DNA from: Anthoceros angustus
Taxonomy: Eukaryota > Plantae > Anthocerotophyta
Assembly (NCBI GenBank): GCA_010909165.1
Contig: VJWM01000182.1
Span: forward strand, 394,030 to 458,029
Reading direction: 5' to 3'
Length of the DNA: 64,000 nucleotides
The translations under genes and the position numbers were made by a program. The notes beneath the pieces were generated by a model. It was not told the DNA's origin. It saw only the letters and a program-made list of their open reading frames with translations, and did no database searches. Below, piece by piece: positions 1 through 12,629 of the stretch (positions are counted from its first letter, which is position 1; every line of letters begins with the position of its first letter).

Positions 1-3000
1 AAAGACAAAGATAGGTGGTACATCCGTTTTCGAACGCCACCGCCCCCACCGTGTACTATTATGACTTCATGACCCATAAACAGACCACACGTAGGGCTGG
101 AATTTGCTTGCGAAACCATGGGCCAGGCACAAATGCATCACGATTATGGAGATCCGTTGTCCGTGATGACACCAGCTCGGAGGGTAAGTCGTCCGTCGAT
201 CGGGGCAAAGCTACGCCAAGACGATGCACGCATCACACAGCAAAGACTGGGTCATGACAAGAACCTCGCGCCTCGGGACATCACCAATAGAATTTGCGAC
301 CGAGCCACCACCGCTTATAATCCCAACTCATTGGGGCCGGCGGAGCACGCTTGGTGGGTACGACATCGATGCACGCAATGTTCCCCGCACCGCCGCAAGC
401 TAGCGGAGTGGATGGCCGGGCTCTATGTCATGCGCGTTAGCGGATTCCCAACGGGCAGAGCCTAAGCGTAGTGTAGGGGTGACATCCGCAATGGAAAGGG
501 AGGATCCGCACCGACGAGCTAGGTTAGACGAACCGGTAGGAAATAGCAAGTGGACGGAAGGTCATTAATGCCCTTGGATCGGACCCCATACCACAACGAC
601 ACGAGACAAAGTACGCCCCGGCCGCCAAAGTGTGCCATATGGCCTCGCATTGTTCTTTTCCACGTGCATGACATCCTTTGGCGCCATCACAAGGTGACGC
701 CAATATGGGAGCACCCTAAACAGAGAAGACATCCGCCGAGTTCCAAAATTTCCTCACGGATCTCGGTGGCGCACCTTCTCTGCGTACCATATCCGCCACC
801 ACATCATCAAACGCGTTGGTCGGTGGGGATGGAGTTCCGCCCGTCCATCGTATCACCCATGTCTTCCACCGTCCGCTATCACCTTCGTAACCACCTCTGT
901 TGCCAACATAAATCTGCTTTTTTAACTGATGAGAATAGCGGGAATCCAGGGCCAGCCAACAATCCACACACGCACGGGTCCCTTTCACTTGCAATCCAGT
1001 CAGGGTGCCCAAGCCTGGGTAATCGGCAATGACGTTCAAAACCGCTGCTCGCACCCTGAAATGCCTCCTAGGATCGTTCACCGGTATTGAAAAGTCTTCC
1101 ATGTCCACCCCTCTCCACAGCTCTTCCAGTTCTTCTACCAGGGGCGCCATATAAACATCAAAATTTTTGACCATGCCCGGTCCTGGTACAATGAGAGGCA
1201 TGATGACATGGGCGTCCTTTGTGCTAGCCCAGGGAGGCATGTTGTGAACGAATAGCATAACTGGCCATATGGACGTGTTGACAGACCTGTGACCAAAGGG
1301 GTTGAAGCCGTCTGTGCATAATGCCAACCTCAAGTTGCGAGGTTCATCCCCGAACCCTTCAACTGCATCAAATACTCTCCATGTTGGGGTGTCTGCCATC
1401 ATGGACATGTCCCCATTCTCGCTTTGCCTCCCGACGTACCAAGTCATCATTTGTGCTATTTCCGGCATTCTGAACATGCGTTTCAATCGCGTCTTTAGAG
1501 GAAAATGCCAGAGGACCTTGCGGGGAACAGCGTCTCACTCATCAAACCCTTCCTTGTGCCAAGCGCGCAATCAGGGCAATGGACGCTCCCAGACTCACCC
1601 CCGAATAGAATACAATCTTTTCACAAGCATGGATTTTCACGTATCTTGGCCCAAACATGTGCAACATCGACTTTGCCTCGTACATGTCCTTGACTTGTTT
1701 GGAATTGGATATCCACACTTAAGAGCTTTAAAAGTGTCACATGACGCCACTAATGTCATACATGGTTTGCCACAGCGGCAACAACGATGGTGCTTAGCTT
1801 GCTTTCTTTCGATTGACTTCCTCTTCAATGTGGTATAACGGCTGCCGCAGACAAGCACCTATCACGGACTCCATCCCCGCCACTGCAACATCCGTGGCTT
1901 CCAAAGAACTCGCCCACTGTGCACTTGTGCATATCATCACCTCCCGAACCCTCATCCATACTTTCGTCGTCGGAACTACTAGTTTGGTCGGTAAGATGGC
2001 CACCGGTTCCCTCGCCGACCCATCCGAGCCGTATCCGAATCCGTCTAGGGTGGGGAGACACCAAGACGCCGCTTCTTCTATGTCCGCCGTGGCTCGCCGA
2101 CCGCAAAAAAAACCATATTAAAGCTAGAATTGGAGTGCATTTGCTGGCCATTGATGCGAGAGAACTCAACCGCGGTGCTCGGAGTGGCAGAGGGGCACTT
2201 GAAATGTGTTGAATACGAGCTGCGAGCTCTCGACACGGCGGGGACAATACATGTACACCGTGACCGCATTTCGTGGCATCCTCCCTGTGGTCGTGATCCG
2301 TAGTCACGGCAACCACAAAGACAAAGATAGGTGGTACATCCGCATAACGCCACCGCCCCCACCGTGTACTATTATGACTTCATGACCCATAAACACGCAC
2401 ACACGTAGGAGCTGGAATTTGCTTGCGAAACCATGGACTAAGCACAAATGCATCACCGATTATGGAGATCCGTTGTCCGTGATGACACCAGCTCGGAGGG
2501 TAAGTCGTCCACGTGTACGCCGGGCATATCATCACCTCCCGGACCCTCGTCCATACTTTCGTCGTCGGAACTACTAGTTTGGTCGGTAAGATGGCCATCG
2601 CTGGTTCCCCCGTCAGACCCAACTGAGCCCGTATTTGAATCCGTCTAGGGTGGGGAGACACCTGCAAGACTGCCGCTCTCTTCTATGTCCGCTCGTGGCT
2701 CGCCGAACTGCAAAAAAAACCATATTAAGGCTAGGATTGGAGTGCATTTGCTGGCCAGTGATGCGAGAGAACTCACAGCGGGTGCACAGGCGGTGGCGCG
2801 GGCAGTGCACTCTTGAAATGTGTTGAATCGAGCTGCGAGCTCTCGACCTGTGGCGGCGGGGACAATACATGTACACCGCATCTGCATTTCGTGGCATCCT
2901 CCCCAGGGTCGTGATCTGGTAGTCACGGCAACCACAGCACAGCATAGGTGGTACATCCGTTTTGCGAACGCCACCGTCCCCACCGTGTACTATTATGACT

Positions 3001-3590
3001 TCATGACCCATAAACACAGACCACACGTAGGAGCTGGAATTTGCTTGCAGAAACCATGGACGGAAGCACAAATGCATCACCTGATTATGGAGATCCCGTT
3101 GTCCGTGATGACACCAGCTCGGAGGGTAAGTCGTCCGTCGATCGGGGGCAAAGCAGCTACGCCAAGACGATGCACGCATCACACAGCAGCATCTGGGGCT
3201 GTGACAAGAACCTCGCGCCTCGGGACATCACCAATAGAATTTGCGCGACCCAGAAGCCACCACCGCCTTATAATCCCAACTCATTGGGCGACAGGGAGCA
3301 CGCTTGGTGGGTACGACACTGGATGCACGCAATGTTCCCGACCGTCGCTGCAAGCTAGCGGGAGTGGATGGCTGCCGGGCTCTATGTCATGCGCGTTAGC
3401 GGATTCCCAACGGGGCACGGAGCCTAAGCGTAGTGTAGGGGTGACATCTGCAATGGAAAGGGAGGATCTGCGCGCTGACGAGCTAGGTTAGACGAACCGA
3501 GTAGGAAATAGCAAGTGGACGGGAAGGTCATTAATGCCCTTGGGATCGGACCCCATACCACAACGACACGAGACAAAGTACGCCCGGCTG
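1..3590. repeat. Reiterated CACTA-associated blocks: 1-620 ~ 2940-3590, and 1930-2510 ~ 2525-3135
   Basis: The same strings (e.g. cccaccgtgtactattatgacttcatgacccataaac) recur near 45, 2357 and 2978. Copies differ mainly by small indels. Confidence 0.9.
620..1930 (-). mobile_element. CACTA/En-Spm TNP2-type transposase, frameshifted remnant
   Basis: ORF 716-1486 has RNLRLALCTDGFNPFG, SIWPVMLFVHNMPPW and FDVYMAPLVEELEELWRGV. Flanking minus-strand frames give YVKIHACEKDCILF...CPDC (~1560-1645) and DVMHVEKN (~650-675). Confidence 0.88.
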
Positions 3591-3911
3591 GCCGTCAGCG
3601 AAAGTAGTACCACAGTGATCGATCCAACACTCACCACCCATGGCCACATCTATGCGCGGAGAAACTAAAGAAGTGGCAAGCTTAACCTGGTGACAGAGCT
3701 AAGAATCGAGACAAGCGCTTGAAATTGCAGCAACAAAGGTGCCTCATTTCTTCTATGTACATTCATAGCCGTTGCTAGGTTGAGCTATGGCTTCACTGAT
3801 GCTAATTGGTATGTTCAAACTGAGGAGAAAACGGTCGTAATGGGCAGGCGTCCATTCCCAACTTGGCTGACATGACGACTGAGGAGTTCATTGATAAAGC
3901 GCACAAGAAAC

Positions 3912-4807
3912 TAGGCAGAGGAAGAGATGTAAGCATGCCAGCAGGCGATTGAGGAGAAAGTTTTCCCAACCATCAGTGCTGCCGCTAGGGCCTTTAACAT
4001 TCCCAGAAAAAGTGTGCATGAATGGGCCACGAGAATTGTGTAGACTTCGGCTGCGTTTGGCAACCTTCTAATAGCCCACAGCTGTGGACGATACCGTCCG
4101 CCTCGCGCACGTTCCTCGCACAGACTCTACCAGGGGGGGGCACCGGAGCACCAGAGCGCAGGGCTGGAGGAACCACTCCGAGGTTGGCTGTCCGTTTCAT
4201 AATCGATCCGGGGTTCGTATTACCCACTACACCCCAGCGTCCGTATCACTCACCTGGTTACAACCGCGCGATTTACGTTACGTCTCACTAGTACATTACC
4301 GTACAGGCCCGGTATGGTCGAACGTTTAAGGACTCGTTCTCGTCCCAATGTTCTCTTTCTCTCCCTTGTGACTCCCTCGTCGTTCCCTTTTTTTCGTCCT
4401 CGTCCGCACCCAGAGGTGCCTGGTTGAAGTTGCGTGTCCCGATGTGTGTGGGTTGCAGCATCTCCGCGTTTGCGACCGCCAGTCCGACTGATGGTGACCC
4501 TAGCATTTCATATATGGATGAGGAGCAAGCACTCCAAGCAGTGGTGCTATCTCAGTGGATGGGCACGTCACCTAGGGTTTTTCATTACGAAGAGATCGAG
4601 GGAGGCAGCCGTGTTGCAGATATCCTGCCCTTCCCTACCAGGGAGGAGCTTCTTGCTGCCAACTCTAAGAAGAGGAAGTCCTATGCACATTCACAACTTA
4701 TAACAGCAAATGAGTGGATCACAGCGAAGGCAAGGAGGAAAGAGGAAAAGGTCCTCGGTTTGAGGAGAAACAAGAGAGGAAGCAAGGTCGTATCCTGGAA
4801 AGATTGA
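3912..4807 (+). mobile_element. pogo/Tigger-like (Tc1/mariner superfamily) transposase relic
   Basis: 3912-4043 reads *AEEEM*ACQQAIEEKVFPTISAAARAFNIPRKSVHEWA (psq/CENP-B-type HTH with in-frame stops). 4510-4807 reads ADILPFPTREE..KKRKS..SQLITANEWI..KARRKEEK, like pogo-type C-termini. No catalytic domain seen. Confidence 0.5.
4083..4408. mobile_element. Possible solo LTR inside the pogo-like relic
   Basis: Starts TGTGGACGA and ends TCGTCCGCA (8/9 inverted, TG...CA). Flanks acagc/cccag are not a perfect TSD. Confidence 0.3.
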
Positions 4808-7800
4808 GAAAGAATTGGTTGCAGTGGAATGGAGAAACGAAAACCTGTGGCCAATTCCAAGCCGAGAAGAAATTGGCTATCGCAAGATGGAAAGTTGAAG
4901 CGAGGAGGAGAGTTAGATGTTGTTATGGCCAACAGAGCTCCAACAAAATTGCAGGGAGCGAATATCTCTCCTAGAAAACCTGCAACCTTATGCCAAGCCA
5001 TTAACCATATCAAAAGAGGAACAACGCCTTGCAAGACAAGCAAATCTGCAGCACATGAGGCTCTTGAAAGCGGCCAAGAAACTAACAAGCCTTGTAGCAC
5101 TTGATTGAGCTCAAGGTGACGGTGGTCAAGACCTACATGATGTGAGAGGAACATAGGATTTCATTAATCACAGTGGAAAGACTGTTGCGCACCGGAGTGT
5201 GGAGCATTCGTTTCCATGTGAGAGCCCAAACACGAGACTAGCGACGGTCGGTGGCACTCAAGGTGTGGGCAAGTGGAGACAAATATCATTTCTTTGAAAC
5301 CTCGTTTCATAATTATTTGATATATAATTTCAACGTTGAATTCTTACCACTAAACTACAAACAAACAAAGAAATTTAACAGCCATTACTCTTAATGCATA
5401 ATAGTTTTTGGACAGACATTTTATGAGTTTGATAACAAATTCATTTGCAAAGTCCCGCATATATTAATATATTTAGAAATAGCATTAACCGCTACGCCGC
5501 TAGTGTATGTCGGCAAACGGGAGTCTCGTGGCTGCATGTGTATCATGTTCGGAAAGTGACAAGTGAGCGGAAAAGGGGTGTAGACTGTAGAGTTCGGCAT
5601 TTGAAATGATGGGAGGCCAGCTGTAACGGACAGACGGAGGCAGGGTGACGGGGCAGCGCTCGGCGGGGGTGCGACAAAAGCAACAGCAGTGGGAACAGGC
5701 AGGACCCGGGAGTTGGGGGCCGGGAGCTGGAGCCCTCAGCCCTGGCATGTGCGTGCCTTGCCGACGCCAGCCGCGCACCATACATTAAATCTCCGCCTCT
5801 TCTTCCACGCGCTTTCATCAGCCACTCGGCCTCACAGCCGGGCATCGCCCCCGGGACTTCCTCGGCTGCACCGGCGCGCTCTCTGTGGATCCTGCTTGTG
5901 AGCGCTCTCGCCTCCCGCTTTGCTCGCATTCGTTTCTCGTTCTTGGTGGCCGGATCTGACTCCGCGTCTCGGTCGGCCGGATTGGCGTTCCTTTGCCATT
6001 TTATTTGCGACCGTTATACAATTCCGTGCTGCGCGGTGAACGTTTTCTTCAGTCTCTACACTTTGCGCGGTGGATTGGTTGGTGGAAGCTGACCTTCGCG
6101 TTATGCGATCTTGCAGGACAGTAGGAGGCCGTTTTGGAGGAACGAGCAGTTCAAGAATTCGGACTCAGCCAACGTTGTGCAACAATGATGAACTCGTCCT
6201 CTCCTCCTCCACGTATGGTGCCCTATCCTTCCGGCTTGTGATTTGTTGCTCCAATTCGCGTTTCTCCACATGCATTAGCACTCGTGCACCGTCGTTGCTC
6301 TTTGAGAAGCCAGATCTAGTCCACTTTGCTCAGGACATTTCTCCTTGCCATATTATCCGAGGCATGTTAGACTTTGACGGCTGGTCGGCGTTTGCAGTGA
6401 GTGTAATGGCCGCGGAGGACACGACCGCCGATCCTTCTTCATCTCCGTCCGAATTTCATCTTATGGTGGACATGTCTCAGGATGACACGTCGAGCAAGCC
6501 TACGACAAGCTTTTGGTCGTCCTCTATCTCAGCTATTACCAGAGGTGGGCATGCCTTCGGGAATTCTCTTGGGACCTCAACTTTGCAAATGCTGGTGCTG
6601 ATTGGTGTCAGGTTGACTCATCTCCAGTGGCGGAGAACGTTGAGGGGAGATTGGCCGGGTGGTTTGGCATGAATCAGTCCAAATTTCAGTGGGCGGTGGA
6701 CGCATACATGCAAGAACGAGCTGTGGTAGGTTTCTGCAGCAAATTCTCCTTCACTTTTCACTCTCAAGCGGTGTGAGAAGGAGTAAGGAGCCATGTTTCA
6801 GTTGTAACTCTTGATATTCATTGTGAACAGGCTGCTGAAAGAAAGAAGCTGCAGAGCCAAACATCTGGAAATGGTCGAATGTCTGCTGGCCGGGAGCAAG
6901 TGATGCAGGTGAGGTATCCGATCTTACTAAGTCAAGCTTCCAGTCTCTTTCTGTCACTCTACTCTGCATAGAGCTTAATCTTGTCCAAAGCCACCATCAG
7001 GCCACCCCGGCTTGAGGCCTGTACTTGCTCAGTGAGATCTTCTAACTTAGCACGTTCCTTGCTGTCTCAGAGAGGTGGTTTGCCTGTCTGATCTGAGAGG
7101 CTGGCAACGTATTCCAGACCAGGCCGGTTCTGTGATCATTAGGTTCATTATTTGAATAAGGGCTGCAAGAACCAGGCTTCGCCTCTCTCCAAGCGAATTG
7201 GAAGTTTTCGTGGTACTCATTTTGAGTCTTTGGAGCTCCGGCTGTGGATTCAGACATAGTTGAACAAAATGGGAGAGCTTGTACATAGATTAAGCGGAAC
7301 TCATCAGCTGCGAAACTTTGTATACTTCATAGTCAAGGACGGGAAAGTAGACTTTAAGGTCTCATATTATTTTTCAATATTATTTTTGATATTGGTATGA
7401 GATCACACTTCCGAATATCCTTAAACCGTATAGGTGATTAACTATTGCTATTGATAGGGGTTTAGTAAAACTGCAAGACGGGGTTTAGGGTAATTGTAAG
7501 ATCATGCTTACAAACACATCTCGGACTTGTGTGCGATAATGTTGAAAAAGGATGCGACATATTGAAAAAGGATGAGTTGAAAAAAAACGACTATGTTAAA
7601 AAAGGATAGAGTTGACAGAAAAACTAATTTTGATACATTAGCATAATACAAACTCGTGTGGTGGATGGATATCAACTTCCTGGTATGTATGTATGTGGTG
7701 AACAATGTCAACCTCATGAGTGCGAAAAGAATGGGGCCTAGCGATCCCCCCACATCATGAGGTTTCCTAATCAACCACACAATTTTCGTAAGGAACATCT

Positions 7801-8384
7801 ATTCGTTCCATCAATATATTATTTAATATAAAAACCTGATCACAGATAATTATCAACGACACAAATACAGAGTGACATATACTAGTTGTAGCTAAGACAT
7901 GGACTATAAGCCAATCAACATATAACAAGGCTTTCATACGCTACATCCTTTCAAGATAACTACAACTAAAGTCTCTATGAAGTCAAAGATAGCTCCATCA
8001 ATGCACACACAATGAGTTTTGCACGAAGAAGAGGTCTACAAGTTACGAAGTTTAGCTACATGAAATTATTCCACCAGTACCAATGAGCAAACAACCTCTT
8101 TGATTAGCTGCATATCAAAGGTAGACCAACTTCAAATGCCTCCTTGCTCAATAACTAACTTCGATAACAACAAGACTCAATGCCACAAAAAATTTACCAT
8201 CCTAAACCCTATATTTAAATAAAAGCCCCCTGGATCGGATACGAGCGTGTTAGGTTTGTGTGAACCCCAGTACACGTATACTAAATGTAATGTAAGTTTC
8301 CTACGTTTTCTAAACTATAGACATATAAAAAAGGTTCAAACTCATCTACGTGAAGTTAAATTAAGCTCTTCAAAAATGCTAATT

Positions 8385-8830
8385 ATCCTCCCTTCATGAC
8401 TGACACGGTTGCTGGGAGTTCATTTGAACTTCATTGTTAAGCAACCCTCTGGACGGATCGCTACTGGGATAGGGTACCTCCCACCCTTGATTACTCTTAC
8501 AGTGGCCCTCGATAGCCTGCCTCTATTTTAAAGCCCTGTGTAGCTGCCTGATGTATGATCTTTACTGCATCGCCCGCTAAAAAAGGGCTGATGTTGCTGT
8601 TGTTGTAAGGTTCTGAAGCCTTGTGAGGCTGCTGAACAATGTAAGATTTATGATCTTTATTGTCTTGCCAGCAAAAAAAAGGGCTGTTGTTGTGAGGTTC
8701 AAAATTCGGCGGCGCCACCTAAAATATGATCTTTGATGTCTCGCCCGCAAAAAAGGGGTGTTGTTGTAAAATTCTGATCCTTTGGAGTCGTTTAAATTAT
8801 ATGGCATGCAAATACTCAATTACGTTCACC
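8385..8830 (+). repeat. Dispersed non-coding repeat with internal tandem subunits, copy 1
   Basis: Reverse complement of 8390-8485 aligns with 27379-27570. Motif AAAAAGGG(C/G)TGTTGTTGTAAGGTTC recurs three times and again near 27270 (minus) and 42880 (plus). Confidence 0.7.
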
Positions 8831-9430
8831 CAAAGAAAAAATGCTAGCTGAAAAATTTCAAAGAAAGAACTAAGAATCTAAACTTACCCAACAAATCTCT
8901 AATTCGAATATTAGTGACATGCCTGACCAACCCATAACCCTACATCCTAAGCCTCAAGGTGGGTAGCTGTTTGTGAGATGAAGGAGCTGAGAAACAAGCT
9001 TCATATCTATTGCATATTTTAAGAAAATATGTCATATAATCAATTTTGATATAAAATATATTGAAATTTATATTTTAACTTAATATGATTTATTATTGTT
9101 ATTATAATTTAATTAATTATTTTTTATCTATTATTTTCTCATAGTGTGAATTGAATAAAAGCTGTTTAAAAGAAAGTAGAGTATTGCAACATAAAGCCTC
9201 TTCTTCAACTATACAAGCCTATTCACTTAGTTAACAATAATTATTATTACTGATATCACTTATATTTATTTTTTACTCTACTTTTCAATTCAGTCTCACC
9301 GGATCTTATGAAAAATGGTTAATGTGGTGTTTGAAAAGAAAGGAGAAGCAAATGAAATTTGGTATTGAAAAGCTTATAAAAATTCTCACTATTACGGCAT
9401 GTTTGAAGCTAAGTGCTTCGGGTCACAACT

Positions 9431-11174
9431 ATGGATGTTGCAGCAGATGAGCTTCCTCATCTTTATTCTTGGGTTTGTATTTTCTTAATACTTTTCATTA
9501 TATCAAATACAAAATAATGTCGGGTACATAGTTACATGTGTGTATTTATTAGAATAGCTAACATTCTAAATGCATGATATTTGAAAGGGCTTTTTCCTAT
9601 TTAGTGTCAAGGATATTATCTTTTAAAAAAACTGGTGAGCTAAAAAGGAAGTTATAGTATTTAAGTGTATAATGAAGGACTTTGATATGTGCAGATTGAT
9701 AGCATACCGTTGTCACGGCCAAAACGTAACATAGCTCGAGACTTCAGTGATGGAGGTAAAGCCTTGGTCTTTGATTTAATCTAATATGGGCTCTAACTTT
9801 GTCTTTAATCTAGTCTTTAAACTTTGTCTTAAGTTTTTGAAGAGTTTGCAATAGGTTTAAAACATTATGCTAACATGTGAGACAATTTTCATTTACCTAA
9901 AGAAAAACTATGTCTATTGAATGTATGTGGATGCAGTTCTTGCTGCAGAGGTTGTGGCACATTATTGCCCTCGCTTAGTAGATATCCACAATTATAGTGC
10001 GGTGAATGGGTTGGCTCAGAAGATATACAATTGGAGCACATTGAATCGTACTAATGTCTTGACCTAATTTATTTATGATATCAATTTTGGTTTATTATTT
10101 CTTTCAACTATGATATCATCGATATAATAGTCTCGTGTTTAATGGAGCAGTAAAAGTGCTGAAACGGTTGCATATTTCTCTATCCAAAGAGGAGGTAGAA
10201 GGTGTTGCAAATTGTGATCCTGGGGTAATAGAAAGGATTTTAAAGCTTCTAAAATTTAAGGTACTATTTCTGAATTATTTATTTGGATACAAAATATTGC
10301 AAACTTAGAGTCCACCCTCTTATAAGAACATAAACTTTGTATATTCTAGATAGCTAAATACAATCCTAAAGATCATAAGGATGAAGAATTTTGTAATGGT
10401 AACGGCAATGGTCATCATAGCAATGGCAATGGCAATAGTAACGGCACCAACGGGAATGGACATTGTAAGTTTGATTTATCCTTGAATGTACCTACACAAA
10501 AGTATTAAAACTTATTTGTAAATTTTTTACAAATGAGAATACGTAGATACATATCACTTTTATCTATTCTGTAAAATATTGATATTATTATATATATATT
10601 AAAAATTCTAATACTATTAAAATATTCAAATACTTATTTATATTTAATATTTATTTAGTAATTTAATGTAGGTTATTCGCCAAGAAAATGCTCACCTACA
10701 AAGCAGTAAGTACCACATGAGAGCCTTCTCGGTAATATATTAATATATTAATACATTGGAGGAAAAAATAATACCCATATTTCTTGACAATGCAGACGGT
10801 TATCATCCGAGTCTAATTGTTCTCTGGTGAGTCTCTAATTTCTCTCATGTGAACTACCAAACGTGTTTATAGCTCGGTGATTTGGCTTCCTGGTTTTGAC
10901 ATGAAGCCTTTTCGCAGAATGGTCATCGGGCAAGCGGGGATGACATCGGATATGATAAGGACAGTACCGTCCGAGAACTACGAGAAACGATCGAGGTAAT
11001 AACAATTCATTGCATGTTTGAGGGCAAAGTGATTACGGGCACCTGGTTTTTGACATCCTTCTCACACAGCTCTTGGAGGCTAAGGTTATGAAGCTGGAAC
11101 AGCTAGTACGCCTAAAGGAGCACAAGATTCAAGTCCTCAGTGGCAAGTCAAGGAATGGGAATGGGCGTCCCTGA
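9431..11174 (+). CDS. SPEF1: Sperm flagellar protein 1 (SPEF1/CLAMP): CH-like domain plus C-terminal coiled coil; 9 exons, absent from the ORF track
   Basis: Hand-spliced GT-AG exons 9431-9472, 9695-9755, 9937-10047, 10151-10260, 10350-10464, 10672-10705, 10796-10826, 10918-10995, 11070-11174 stay in frame: LYSWIDSIPLSRPKRNIARDFSDGVLAAEVVAHYCPRLVDIHNY...NWSTLN...IERIL...ELRETIELLEAKVMKLEQLVRLKEHKIQ*. Confidence 0.93.
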
Positions 11175-11703
11175 AAACGGAAGAGCCCTGCTTCTGGAGG
11201 CTCCAGATATCGTGTATATGTGCTTCACAACGGCTCACCAATGGAACAACGGATTGCTCCGCAGGAAACGTATCTGATCGTGCACTGTAAAGAGGGACGA
11301 AGAACAGGAGGTAATACGGAGGCCAGACCCCAAGCCTCTACATATTCTTGGAGTAGTTGCTCAGCTATGAGGAAGCTGCCCGGATTTCTTGGTGGCAGAA
11401 GGATAAGGTCCTGTAAGGGACCAACACCCATCTACTTTCTCCGCAGAATCCGACAACATCAAGGAGTAAATAAGCTGCTACAAACGGAGCCCGGAGCTGA
11501 AAGGATATAGGTGCAATGGAGGGCTTTGCAAAGGAGAAATCCAGGCCACGTAAACGTCAACCAACGTCCGCGTGCCCTTCACACTTTCGTACTGCTCATA
11601 GTTTACAACATTGACATCTTACTAACATTGATACGCGACGGCTTAACATTGGCACAAAAAGAACAGAGCCTCTTCATGCGCCGAGTGCAGAGGCAACGCA
11701 CAA

Positions 11704-12145
11704 TCATGCCTTCACGGCTTCCTTCGGAGCCTCTTCCACTGGCTCAGGCAGCTGCGGCCAAAGCTCAGTCGGCTTGCCTGTCTTGGAAACCTTGTCTAGC
11801 ACAACATCCGGGGTGACATTTCCTTTCACAGTGACCTTCTGCTCCTTTAGGTCAATGTCAAATGTTTCCACACCTGCGGTGTAAGCACATGGAATTGCTC
11901 AGCTCGTGCGGGCTGCAATCTGCTGCTTGAGACGGCAGAAGGCCTTACCTTCAAGCTTGGACAGAACTCGCTTCACTGCACCGACGCATCCCTGGCAGGA
12001 CATCCCGACCTTCAACACTACAGTCTGCAGACGCGGAAAGGGGGGTTGAATGTAAGGCCTACAGCCAGCACAAATGCATCTCCACCCTCCACAATTGCAC
12101 AATCCAGCATCAAATGATAGGTCACTTGCAACACACCTCTGCCAT
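11704..12145 (-). CDS. ATX1: Copper chaperone ATX1/CCH (HMA domain), 3 exons
   Basis: MAE (12137-12145) | [26 protein letters not shown] | [38 protein letters not shown]...KA*. MxCxxC and KTGK motifs present. Confidence 0.93.
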
Positions 12146-12629
12146 ATTGGCGACACGTCGCTGACGAATCAGGAAATTGCGCAGGCAAATACGATCACCA
12201 GGCGCGCACGGGATCAGCTCACTCCTCTCCTATCCTCGTGCTATGTAAGCAGCGAGCTTGGAGTTGAGACCAAGGTAGCCACTTTTTGTAAATCGTGTTT
12301 GACCTTTTTGGGTGGAGATATCAGAGAAAACAATGTGCGCCTGTTACGCTTTACAGTTTACTTTACACCACTGGTGACGAGGACCAGGTCGCCATTCCAT
12401 GTATGCAGACAGTTTTAGATCCTCGCATTTTAGGTTGGAACTGCAAGCAAGTAAACATGGGATTTCCACATTCCCACTAAACTGGTGTCCACCGCTGGTT
12501 GGACATAGCTACGTATACAAGATTAAGAATAAAGCCTCTAGAATAGCTGCTCCGCTTGCTTAGGATACAAAGGAGATCGATCATACGGGGTGAAGACTTC
12601 AAAAGCCCCCGCAGAACAAATTAGTGCTA

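Noticed and set aside
4226-5505. CACTA/TAGTG pentamers (4226, 4286, 5501) as CACTA termini, or CTAG at 5500 as a Helitron end
   Set aside because: No matching TIR pair, 3 bp TSD or convincing subterminal hairpin.
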